Shown here: positions 26,404 through 35,590 of the stretch, in pieces | Position numbering within the stretch: the first letter of the stretch is position 1 | How the letters are laid out: each line of letters opens with the position of its first letter | Assembly (NCBI GenBank): GCA_963769245.1 | Contig: CAVYKU010000002.1 | Location: forward strand, 165,823-229,822 | DNA: 64,000 nucleotides | Direction: 5' to 3' | Source of the DNA: an uncultured Phycisphaerales bacterium | GTDB taxonomy: Bacteria; Planctomycetota; Phycisphaerae; Sedimentisphaerales; Anaerobacaceae | Program-made: the position numbers and the translations under genes | Notes under the pieces: model-generated | Databases searched by the model: none | What the model saw: only the letters and a program-made list of their open reading frames with translations | What the model was told of the DNA's origin: nothing

Positions 26404-27720
26404 ATGGCGACACAATTGGAAATAGCGAAGGCCGGACGAATAAGTCCGGAGGTTGAATACGTAGCGAAGGCCGAAGGGGTTGAAGCGGGTTTAGTGCGTG
26501 ATGAGACGGCGGCGGGTCGGTTAGTGATACCCGCAAATGTGATTCATCTGAGGCGGAATTTGAAACCCCGCGGGATAGGTCGTGTGCTTACGACTAAGGT
26601 CAACGCGAATATCGGCGTGAGCAGCGTCAGGAGCACTGTTGCGGAAGAAATTGAGAAGATGCGGGTTGCGATAGAAGTGGGGGCGGACGCGATAATGGAT
26701 TTGAGCACCGGGGGGGATTTGGACGTGATAAGGGAAGAATTGCTTGCCCAGTGCCCTGTGCCTTTTGGGACGGTGCCGATTTACCAGATGGTTTCGGACA
26801 GGACGGTTGAAGAAGTTGATGAGAAGATAATTCTTAAAGTGATTGAGAGGCAGGCAAAACAGGGGGTGGATTTTTTTACGATTCACGCTGGGGTGCTTAG
26901 GGAATATTTACCTTTAACGGGCAGGCGTGTGATGGGGATAGTGAGCAGGGGCGGGGCGTTATTGGCGGAGTGGATGCTTTATCACGGCAGGCAAAATCCG
27001 CTGTACGAGATGTTCGATGAATTGTGCGCGCTGATGCGTGAGTATGATGTTTGTTTTTCGCTGGGGGATGGATTGCGGCCCGGAAGTTTGGCGGATGCGA
27101 CGGATGAGGCGCAAATTGCGGAACTGCGGACTCTTGGTGAATTAACGCAGCGTGCTGTTGAGGCGGGATGCCAGGTTATGGTTGAGGGGCCGGGGCACGT
27201 GCCGTTTAATCAGATAGAACATAATATGAAGATTCAGCAGGAGATTTGCCATAATGCGCCATTTTATGTTCTGGGGCCTGTTGTAACGGATATTGCGCCG
27301 GGGTATGACCATATAACGTCGGCGATAGGTGGAACGGCGGCGGCGTATTACGGGGCGTCGTTTTTGTGTTATGTTACGCCGAGGGAACATTTGGGTTTAC
27401 CGAATGCCGAGGACGTGCGGACGGGCGTGATTGCGGCGAGGATTGCGGCGCACGCGGGCGACGTGGCGAGGGGACTTGCCGGCGCGGCGAACAGGGACAG
27501 AGGATTGAGTATTGCCAGGGCGAACCTTGACTGGGACAGCCATCTGTCGCAGTCGCTGGACCCGGAAACAGCAGTGAGGATGCACGAGGAGGTGTGCAGT
27601 GAAATAGAGGAAAAAGGCAAGAGTGACGCGGATTACTGCTCGATGTGCGGCAAACAGTGGTGCAGCGCGAGGATAAACAAGGAAATCCGCGAAAAATTAA
27701 AGTCAGGTCTGGTTTCCTGA
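26404..27720 (+). CDS. thiC: phosphomethylpyrimidine synthase ThiC
   Basis: 438 aa. The ThiC pattern is present (GPGHVP, ...TPREHLGLP..., and the C-terminal CSMCGKQWCS Fe-S motif), and a TPP riboswitch lies upstream. Confidence 0.95.
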   Translation: MATQLEIAKAGRISPEVEYVAKAEGVEAGLVRDETAAGRLVIPANVIHLRRNLKPRGIGRVLTTKVNANIGVSSVRSTVAEEIEKMRVAIEVGADAIMDLSTGGDLDVIREELLAQCPVPFGTVPIYQMVSDRTVEEVDEKIILKVIERQAKQGVDFFTIHAGVLREYLPLTGRRVMGIVSRGGALLAEWMLYHGRQNPLYEMFDELCALMREYDVCFSLGDGLRPGSLADATDEAQIAELRTLGELTQRAVEAGCQVMVEGPGHVPFNQIEHNMKIQQEICHNAPFYVLGPVVTDIAPGYDHITSAIGGTAAAYYGASFLCYVTPREHLGLPNAEDVRTGVIAARIAAHAGDVARGLAGAANRDRGLSIARANLDWDSHLSQSLDPETAVRMHEEVCSEIEEKGKSDADYCSMCGKQWCSARINKEIREKLKSGLVS

Positions 27721-27721
27721 A

Positions 27722-28852
27722 TCAGGTTTTCATTGAGTCGATTTCAAGAAAGGCGATTGGAGCAAAGATAAAGACAGGCATCCACGCCCATAGTTCGGGG
27801 ACGATCATGCCAAATACGTCCTCAGTGGCGAGTATCCTGCAGACAAAGCTGATGATGAGCGAGGCGGCGGTGATGGCGAAGCTGATTGCGATGGCGGATT
27901 TCATTGATTTGGGGTCGCGACAAACGAGGACGGGCAGGCAGACGAGGAGCATAACGAGATTCATAATGGGGTCGGTGATTCTGAAATGTTTCTGGCTGTA
28001 GAGATTCGCGAGGTCTTTGAGCTGTGTTCCCTGCGAGGCCAGTTGAGATAATTGCAGGGAGCTGAGGAGAGATTTTTGCTCGGCTTTTCGCCTGATGGGG
28101 ATGTCGTTTGGCGTTAAGTCGGTGCGGTAGGTCAAGAGAGGGGTTCGTGATGCGGCGGCATTTTGTCTGCCGGGCTGGTGCGAGCCGAGTTTCGGGATGG
28201 GGGTGAAAAAGCCGTCGGTGAGGAGCCATGTTTGCTTTTTGAAATCATAGGTTGCCTTGAGTGCTTCGATAATACCTGTTGGTTCCCAAAGGAGGGCATC
28301 GGGTTTTTTGGAGCGAGTTACGACGATGAGGTCATCAAAAGTCGAGGAAGCCACGTCGAATTTTTTTGCTGATATAAGCGAGCCGCTGGCATCGGTTATG
28401 AACCATACTTTGTAAGATTCTTTACCGGGTATGGCGTCTGAGCTTCGGACGAGTTTGGGGCCGAGAGCGGGGATAATCAGCTCCTGGTCGATTATGAGAA
28501 GACCGGAGAACACGACGGCGAGGATGACAATGGGGGTGATGACTCTTTTTAAACTGACGCCCGAAGCCATCATAGCTATCAGCTCGTTGTATCGCACCAT
28601 TTTGCCGAGGGAGAATGCGGCGGCGACGACGGTAATCATTCCTGCGAAGTCGCGGAAATACAAAGTGCTCTGGAGCGAATAATAAGTGATGATGTTTGTA
28701 ATTACGTCCATGGTATTCAGGTCGACATGCTCGATGAATTCGTCGATATTTGCGAAGAGGTCGATGGTTATGCGCATGCCGATGAGGACGCCAAAGGCAA
28801 TGACGTAGCCGATGAGGAAGTTTTTCGCAACGTATTTGTCTAATATTTTCAT
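27722..28852 (-). CDS. lptG: LptF/LptG family LPS export permease (LptG-like)
   Basis: YjgP/YjgQ pattern: N-terminus MKILDKYVAKNFLIGYVIAF, six TM segments, and a periplasmic insert. The F versus G assignment is tentative. Confidence 0.8.
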   Translation of the reverse strand: MKILDKYVAKNFLIGYVIAFGVLIGMRITIDLFANIDEFIEHVDLNTMDVITNIITYYSLQSTLYFRDFAGMITVVAAAFSLGKMVRYNELIAMMASGVSLKRVITPIVILAVVFSGLLIIDQELIIPALGPKLVRSSDAIPGKESYKVWFITDASGSLISAKKFDVASSTFDDLIVVTRSKKPDALLWEPTGIIEALKATYDFKKQTWLLTDGFFTPIPKLGSHQPGRQNAAASRTPLLTYRTDLTPNDIPIRRKAEQKSLLSSLQLSQLASQGTQLKDLANLYSQKHFRITDPIMNLVMLLVCLPVLVCRDPKSMKSAIAISFAITAASLIISFVCRILATEDVFGMIVPELWAWMPVFIFAPIAFLEIDSMKT

Positions 28853-28893
28853 TTTTTAGCCACTAAGACACCAAGGCACGAAGATATTCTAAG

Positions 28894-29286
28894 TTATAAA
28901 ATGACTCTTTTGATACCATTTTTTATTAATGGCACGTTGAAATTAATCAGGAAACCCAGACGTTTGCCGGTTAATCGCAGATAACTCAGAATCTGTGCCA
29001 TATACACAGGATTCATTTCATCTACGGCTTTTAATTCACATATAACACTGTTTTCCACTAAGATGTCCAGTCGAAGGCCTTCATTGAATTCAATATCATC
29101 GTACTTTATAGGAATATCCACTTGTTTCTGATACGAGAGGCCGGATTTTGTTAATTCATGGCAGAAACAGAATTCATAAACTTTTTCCAGAAGTCCGGGG
29201 CCTAATGCTTTATGAACCTTATAGGCGGCATCGACTATTTTTTCCGCAATCGATTCTTCTTCATCAGTCATTTTTTTGTAATTCAC
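28894..29286 (-). CDS. GxxExxY family protein (PD-(D/E)XK nuclease-like fold)
   Basis: LGPGLLEKVYEFCFCHEL carries the GxxExxY motif, followed by ...LDILVENSVICELKAV...QILSYLRLTGKRLGFLINF. A GTG start is preceded by AAGGAA. GC is lower than in the flanks. Confidence 0.85.
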   Translation of the reverse strand: MNYKKMTDEEESIAEKIVDAAYKVHKALGPGLLEKVYEFCFCHELTKSGLSYQKQVDIPIKYDDIEFNEGLRLDILVENSVICELKAVDEMNPVYMAQILSYLRLTGKRLGFLINFNVPLIKNGIKRVIL

Positions 29287-29333
29287 TTTTTATTCCTTTG
29301 TGTCTTAGGGACTTTGTGGCAAAAGTTTCAGGC

Positions 29334-30955
29334 TTAATGGCGAAGTAAGCGTCGATATAATTCGAGTCCAAGCAGTGAAAGAATAATCAATCCTGCCCAC
29401 ATCATCGGGATGCCGAATATGACTCTGGAAGACGGGTTTTCGGCGATGTTTTTGCCCATAATAATACAGGAGATGAAAACGAGAGCCGGCGCTGCGCTTG
29501 CCGCAAAGGCGGTAAGGAGGTGGCCGCCTTTGAGGACGATTCCGAGGCCGATACCGATCATAATAAGTGTTACGCATCCGACGCCGAAGACGAGGCGTGA
29601 GTTCATTTCGGCACTTATAGCTATAAGTGTCCTGCGGATTCTTTTTTGAAGCTGGTCCTGTATAGAGAGCAGCCGTTTATCGGGGCCGTCGTGGAGGGCG
29701 GCAGATATTGCTTTTGGGCTTATTTCGCTAAGTATGTCGTCGGTTTTGAAATTGTCAGTAACGGCAGCGGGCATAACAAGTCCCCTGATGATTTGTCTTG
29801 CGAGGATATTTTCCTCTGTCTGCGGGTTTTGCGGGTCGGGGGATGTCCATTTGGCGTTTTGAATATCGAGAGTAAGCGTGGGGGCCATTTCATCGCCTTC
29901 GATATTGATAAAGGCCTTTTGGCACCGCATGGTTCGGGGCGGGGTGTTGCCGCTGACCGGCCGTTCGGTGATGGTTACGTCATCGGCGAGAATGAGACAT
30001 TCTTCATCCCTGATTGAACAGGATTTTGCGGAAAATTCGACAACTTGACGGTCACTGAAGAGCTTGAAGGGTGTTTTTGCGGGGGATGAGAAGGCGTCGT
30101 TAATCTGCTGGGCGAGAAGCTCGGCGGTGAACATGGCATAGAGTTGGCGTGCAAGTCGAGCGACGGGTTCGAAGAGCATAGGGTTTCGGCGGATTTGTTT
30201 CATTTGGTCGATTTTTTTGAACTGGATGTTGTCGCCGAGCAGTGCGCCAAATTCAGCGGTTAGGGAAAGGTGTTCAGCAAAGAAGGCGGTGTCTTCGCCT
30301 GGGGCTATCTGGCAGGCGTTGTGGGCGTTAACGTGGACATCGTTGATATTTTGATGAGGGTCGAAGACAACTTTCGCAGTTTCTGCGGTAATGATTCTTT
30401 TTATTGAGCCGTTGGGGGCCATATCGACGGCGACAACTCCTGAGAGCACATTATTTTGCATGTCGGCGTTGTCGGCGTAAATCCTGCAGCGGCCGTCGGG
30501 GGGCAGAGAATAGTAACCCTTTCGCTGGATATTTCTGAAAAGGATTTGTCTGGCGTCGTTTTTGAGGGAATTTTCGGCCTGGTGTACAAAGGCGGGCATA
30601 ACATAGAAACTGAGGAGCAGATTTGCGGTGGCGACAATGACGGCGAGAATAAAGCCGGGGTAAACCAGCGTGAGGATGGAAATACCGCTTGCCCTGCAGG
30701 CGTCAAGCTCGTTGTCGTTGGCGAGCCGGCCGTAAACGAGGGTGGTGGCGAAAAGCGCGGCCATAGGCAGAACAAAGGTGAGGGTAACAGGGAGGAAATA
30801 AATCATAAGGCGGAGGACCTGCCCCGGACCGACGCCGAATTCCTGGACCGGCGCAGAATACTGCCCAAGCTCATCATCAGCGTCAGAGCCACGGTGGCGA
30901 GGATAAAAACCTTTATGACCTCGCGAAAAATATATCTGTGAAGCGTGAAAACCAT
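29334..30955 (-). pseudogene. lptF: LptF/LptG family LPS export permease (LptF-like), with an apparent frameshift near 30849-30852 (possibly a sequencing artefact)
   Basis: The track ORF 29334..30806 lacks the family N-terminus. My translation from ATG 30955 gives MVFTLHRYIFREVIKVFILATVALTLMMSLGSIL in another frame. The two frames join as ...GSILRPVQEFGVGPGQVLRLMIYF... if one C is added in CGCCGG. Confidence 0.65.
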
Positions 30956-31109
30956 TTTAGATTTCAGATTTTTGAATTATGATTTGATATTGTCAGCCAA
31001 AAGACGAAAATTTGCAACAGAAATCGCTCCCAGGGCGGTTTATGCTTGAAAAGACGTGGGTTATGGCGTAAAACAAGGAAAGGATTTATCGTTGATTGGC
31101 GGGTAATTT

Positions 31110-32093
31110 ATGAGATATTACAGGACAATCATGTTGGGTGTTGTGTTTGCCGGTTTATTTGCGGGATTTGCGCGGGCGGACGTCGTTCTGCTGAAGGGGG
31201 GGCAAAAGCTCGTTGGTGATATTGTGGCGGAGAGGCACGAGCAGATTTACGTGGATGTCGGCGTTACGGTAATAGCTGTTCCCAAGGAGGATGTTCTCGA
31301 ATATCACTATGACAAAGCCGGGGATATGAATGCTGTGTCGATGCAGCCGGCGACGGAAGCGAATGAGGTAAAAGCGGAGCCGGCGATAGGTCGGCTGTAT
31401 TACACGGGTAAATTCCAGAAGCGAACAATTGAGCAGTGCGTGGCGGAAGTCGGGGAGGCGGTGGTAAAGGTGAGCAGCCCGGCGGGAATGGGGTCGGGAT
31501 TTTTTATAAATGAGCAGGGGTATCTTATAACGAATTATCACGTCGTCGAGAAAGAAACAAAAATTGAGGTAACGGTATTTAAGAAGGCAAAAGACGGCTT
31601 CGACAAGAAAGTTTTCAAGGGCGTGCGGATTGAGGCGATAAATCCATTCGTTGACCTCGCGCTTTTGAAGGTCGAGGATTTGGGCGATATGCAGGTGAAG
31701 TTTGTTTATCTGGGCGATATCGGTGAGATAAGGGCGGGCGAGCAGGTGTTCGCGATTGGTAATCCGCTGGGTCTTGAGCGGACTGTGACCAACGGGGTTA
31801 TAAGCACGACGAACAGGGCATTTGAGGGGCTGATTTATTTGCAGACCGATGCGGCGATTAACCCAGGCAATTCAGGCGGGCCTTTGTTTAACCTGTCGGG
31901 CGAGGTTATCGGGGTTACGAATATGGGTTACGTATTCCTCGGGGGGCTGGGGTTTGCGATACCTGTGGATTACGTGAAGCATTTTATAGATAACCGCGAC
32001 GCGTTTGCGTATGACAAGAACAATCCGAATACGGGGTACAGGTATATTCAGCCGGACGGCAGACGCAATAAGGGCAAGCCGAAGATTGATTGA
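31110..32093 (+). CDS. trypsin-like serine protease (S1C/HtrA-like, no PDZ domain), secreted
   Basis: The catalytic triad context is NYHVV, ...DLALLKV and GNSGGPLFN. A signal peptide is present. Confidence 0.85.
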   Translation: MRYYRTIMLGVVFAGLFAGFARADVVLLKGGQKLVGDIVAERHEQIYVDVGVTVIAVPKEDVLEYHYDKAGDMNAVSMQPATEANEVKAEPAIGRLYYTGKFQKRTIEQCVAEVGEAVVKVSSPAGMGSGFFINEQGYLITNYHVVEKETKIEVTVFKKAKDGFDKKVFKGVRIEAINPFVDLALLKVEDLGDMQVKFVYLGDIGEIRAGEQVFAIGNPLGLERTVTNGVISTTNRAFEGLIYLQTDAAINPGNSGGPLFNLSGEVIGVTNMGYVFLGGLGFAIPVDYVKHFIDNRDAFAYDKNNPNTGYRYIQPDGRRNKGKPKID

Positions 32094-32105
32094 TGAAAGG
32101 CGCAG

Positions 32106-33956
32106 ATGAAGATTAGAGCAGTATTTTCGATTTGTATTATTTGTGCAGCAGTGATGGTTGACAACGCTAAGGGGGCAGGGCTGCCGAAGACGGCGGAACT
32201 TGTCGGGGCGGACACCGTGCTGCTTGTTGATATAAGCGACTTTAATCAGTTCAGGACTAAACTCGAAAAGACCAGTATTTATAAGTTATATAATGACCCG
32301 TCGATGTCTGCGTTTGTGAAGAACTTCACCGGCAAGGTTCGTGAAAAGATGGAGGGCGACAAGGACTCATTTGTTAAAGGCATACTCGACGCGAATCTTA
32401 TGCCCGAAGGCCGACTGACGTTTGTAATGACGGCTGGGCAGCAGGAAATGTCGATGATGCTGATAAGTCAGTGGGGTCGCAATATCGGCAGGGTGAGAGA
32501 TGTTATCGAGAAGATGACGGCCAGGTCCGTTGAAAAAGGTGCGCACAGGGGGATTGAGAGCTATCGTGACGTAAATATCATAACGCTGACGACGGCGGCG
32601 GAGAAACCGGCGGTTAAAGACAGCAATGATAATATGGCGGCAGGGCCGACGTCGGAAAAAGACGTTTATTGTTTTGTCGGTGATTGCCTGATAATGGCAA
32701 GTGATGCGGAGGCGGTAAAGTTTGTTGTTTCGCAGATTAAGGGCGCAGGGGCTTCATCGCTGGCGGGTGATTCGGATTACACAGCGACGATGGGAGCGGT
32801 GGGACCGTATCATGACGCTGATGTATATGTTAATTTCAAACGACTGATAAAACAGATGACTGATGGTGACACGACGGGCGAATCGCAGAAGGATATTGCC
32901 AATCTCGGGCTTGATGGAGTTGGGGGGCTTGGGTTTTCTGCCGGTATTGCGCCGGACGCGGAGAGTACGGTTCGCGGGAAGATTTTTTTGAGGACGACCG
33001 GGGTGAGGAAGGGCATTTTGAAAATGCTGGAGATGCGTTCCGACCCGGTGCGTGCCCCGCGATTTGTGCCTGCGTCGGCGTGTTCGGTGAGTTTTTTGAA
33101 CCTGGATATCAAGCGGGCGTATGACGAGCTTTGCAGCATAATTTACGGATTTGACCCGGCGACTGCGCTGCTGCTTGGGCAGCCGATTCCTGGGACGGGG
33201 TCGGACAGTGAGCCGGGGATATCAATCAGGCCCGACATAATAGAATATCTTGGCACGGAGATTGTGATTGCTCAGAGCGTAAACAAGCCGTTTTCGAAGG
33301 ATAAAGAGCCGACGGATATTTATATAGCCGTGAGTGTGAATAATCGGGCGTCGCTGGAGAAGTCACTGTCGCTTATTCACAAACGGCTGATTGCGCCGAA
33401 CAATCCTGAGCCGACGCGTGAATTACTTGGATATACGCTTTATCTTATTGGGTCGGAGGGAGTGCCTGTTCTGGGCGGGTCTGTGCCGATGGTGGAGGCA
33501 GGGCCGCAGCGTGCGACGCCGAAGGGGGAGCGGCTGGCTTTTACGATTACCGATACGCATTTAATTTTCGGCCAGGAGCCGGCGGTTGAGCGGGCGATAC
33601 GGACTTTGGGCGGGGCGGGAAACGAGCCGGTGAGTACGGCGAAGTGGTTTAATATCGCCAAAGCTGCGGTGCCTTCGGTTGTTGGGTCTGCGGGTTTTGA
33701 GGACAATTCGGAGTCGGGGGAATTGTTGTGGTGGATGCTGAAGGACAGCGCCAAATCACGGCGGGCTTCAATGGAAATGGGGCCGGCTGCGGCTGTCTTG
33801 GCGGGACCTGACGCGTGGGATTTCGCGGACTTTAGTTTGCTGCCCGAGTTTAGCGTAGTGAAAAAGTATTTCGGCCTGTCGGCGGGCTATGGAATCAGCA
33901 GGCCCGACGGGTTTTTCTTCGAGTTCAAATACCTTAATCCCCAGGGCAAGAACTGA
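32106..33956 (+). CDS. secreted hypothetical protein
   Basis: 616 aa with an N-terminal signal peptide (MKIRAVFSICIICAAVMVDNAKGA). It is probably co-transcribed with the protease (12-nt gap). I cannot confidently assign a family. Confidence 0.6.
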   Translation: MKIRAVFSICIICAAVMVDNAKGAGLPKTAELVGADTVLLVDISDFNQFRTKLEKTSIYKLYNDPSMSAFVKNFTGKVREKMEGDKDSFVKGILDANLMPEGRLTFVMTAGQQEMSMMLISQWGRNIGRVRDVIEKMTARSVEKGAHRGIESYRDVNIITLTTAAEKPAVKDSNDNMAAGPTSEKDVYCFVGDCLIMASDAEAVKFVVSQIKGAGASSLAGDSDYTATMGAVGPYHDADVYVNFKRLIKQMTDGDTTGESQKDIANLGLDGVGGLGFSAGIAPDAESTVRGKIFLRTTGVRKGILKMLEMRSDPVRAPRFVPASACSVSFLNLDIKRAYDELCSIIYGFDPATALLLGQPIPGTGSDSEPGISIRPDIIEYLGTEIVIAQSVNKPFSKDKEPTDIYIAVSVNNRASLEKSLSLIHKRLIAPNNPEPTRELLGYTLYLIGSEGVPVLGGSVPMVEAGPQRATPKGERLAFTITDTHLIFGQEPAVERAIRTLGGAGNEPVSTAKWFNIAKAAVPSVVGSAGFEDNSESGELLWWMLKDSAKSRRASMEMGPAAAVLAGPDAWDFADFSLLPEFSVVKKYFGLSAGYGISRPDGFFFEFKYLNPQGKN

Positions 33957-34074
33957 TAACCGGTAATTGATTATCGATGATTTGCCGTGATTGCACTTGA
34001 CCGGGAAGCGGTCTTTACGCTAAAATAGGCCATTTATTGATTATTGAAGAAAATAGCTTGTATAGGAGAACATT

Positions 34075-34636
34075 GTGAAGGCAAGTGAAATGCGACCCGG
34101 AATGGCCATTACGATGAATGGCCAGTTGTATATCTGTACCAAGTTTGCTCATGTGACGCCAGGCAACCTGCGGGCGTTCGTGCAGGCCAAACTCAAGAGG
34201 ATTTCCGACGGCACCATTGTCGAGAATCGTTTACGCGCCACGGAGGAAGTTGAGCAGGCGTATCTTGATAAGCGAGAGATGGAATATCTTTACTCGGACA
34301 GCAACGGGCACGTCCTGATGGATACAAAGACGTTTGACCAGATAACGGTCCCGAACGAGATAATCGGCGACCTGATAAAGTTTTTCAAGCCCAATACGAT
34401 GCTGACGGCAATGCTTGAATAACGGCAACGTGGTAAGTATTGAAATCCCCAAGACGGTGGAACTGACTGTTACAGAAACGACGCCCCAGCCCAAAGGCGC
34501 GACGGTAACTAACCAGATGAAAGACGCCGACCTGGAGACGGGCTTGAGGATTCGGGTGCCGCCTTTTATCGAAGTCGGCGAGGTGGTTCGCATCAACACC
34601 GAAGACGGCTCATACCTCGGCAGGGCAACGAAGTAG
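34075..34636 (+). pseudogene. efp: elongation factor P family protein, reading frame split at about 34417 (ORFs 34075..34422 and 34415..34636)
   Basis: The N-terminal ORF matches EF-P domains I-II (GMAITMNGQLYICTKFAHVTPGNLRAFVQAKLKR). The second ORF matches domain III (NGNVVSIEIPKTVELTVTETTPQPKGAT...GLRIRVPPFIEVGEVVRINTEDGSYLGRA). The two are offset by +1. Confidence 0.65.
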
Positions 34637-34689
34637 CGTTTAGCGTATGGCGTTAGCGGATAGAAAAACTAAATGCTATATGCTATTCG

Positions 34690-35566
34690 CTAATGAATGA
34701 CCTTATTCAGGGGGTAGGTGATAATTCCAGAAGCGCCAGCGCGTTTAAGGGCAGGGACAAGGGAGCGTTCGATTTTGGCGTCGATAATCACTTCAATGGC
34801 GATGTAATTGGGGTCCGCCAGCGACGAGATAGTGGGGCTTTTTTCCGAGGGCAGGACTTTCAATATTTTGTCGAGATTGGTCTTTTCGATATTCATTTTG
34901 AGGCCGACCATATTGCGGGCGTCGATGGCGGCGTTGAGCAGGATGGCGATGTTTTCGATTTTTTCCTTTTTGAATTTGTTCTGCCATGCCTGTTTGTTGG
35001 CGATAAATCGTGTTGTGGAAGTAATAACGGTGTCGATTATCCGCAGGTTATTGGCGACGAGAGAGTTTCCGGTTTCGGTAAGCTCGACAATAGCATCGAC
35101 GAGGCGGGCTTTGACTTCTGTTGCGCCCCAGCTAAATTCGATTTTGACGTCGATATTTTTGTCGGCGAAGAATTTTTTGGTTACGTTGACCAGTTCGGTG
35201 GCGATGATACCGCCTTTCAGGTCCTGTGCCTTCTGGATTTTCGATTCTTCGGGAACAGCCAGTACCCATCTTGTTGGTTTGCTTGTTGCCTTGCTGTAAC
35301 CAAGCTGGCAGACCTCGATTACGTCGGAGTTGTTTTCCATTATCCAGTCGTGGCCTGTGATTCCCGCGTCGAGGACGCCGTCGGCGACATACCGGCTCAT
35401 TTCCTGTGCGCGAAGCATTGTCGGCCTTATCTGGTCGTCGTCGATGGCGGGCAGATAGCTTCTGTCGGATTCGGTGATGTTGAAGCCGGCCTTGGCGAAA
35501 AGTTTCGATGGTTGCTTTTTGCAAGCTTCCGGCTGGGATACCTAATTTTAAAGCTTCCTGTGACAT
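34690..35566 (-). pseudogene. hisG: ATP phosphoribosyltransferase (long form HisG), with an apparent frameshift in the A-run at 35498-35501
   Basis: ORF 35132..35566 begins MSQEALKLGIPAGSLQKATIETF and then goes out of frame. The 34690..35418 frame extends upstream as FAKAGFNITESDRSYLPAIDDDQIRPTMLRAQEMSRYV. Removing one T from ACTTTTCGCC restores a HisG of about 292 aa. Confidence 0.65.
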
Positions 35567-35590
35567 TTTATGTTCTTTCGAAAAGTTGTA

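Noticed and set aside
26173-26415. 80-aa ORF on the minus strand
   Set aside because: It overlaps the TPP riboswitch and its terminator in antisense and has no RBS.
34411-34425. Programmed +1 ribosomal frameshift in efp, analogous to prfB
   Set aside because: The site is CTT GAA TAA, not the CUU UGA C slippery/stop context, and I see no upstream SD-like stimulator at the right spacing. Three other genes nearby have simple indel-type disruptions, so an indel is the more economical explanation.
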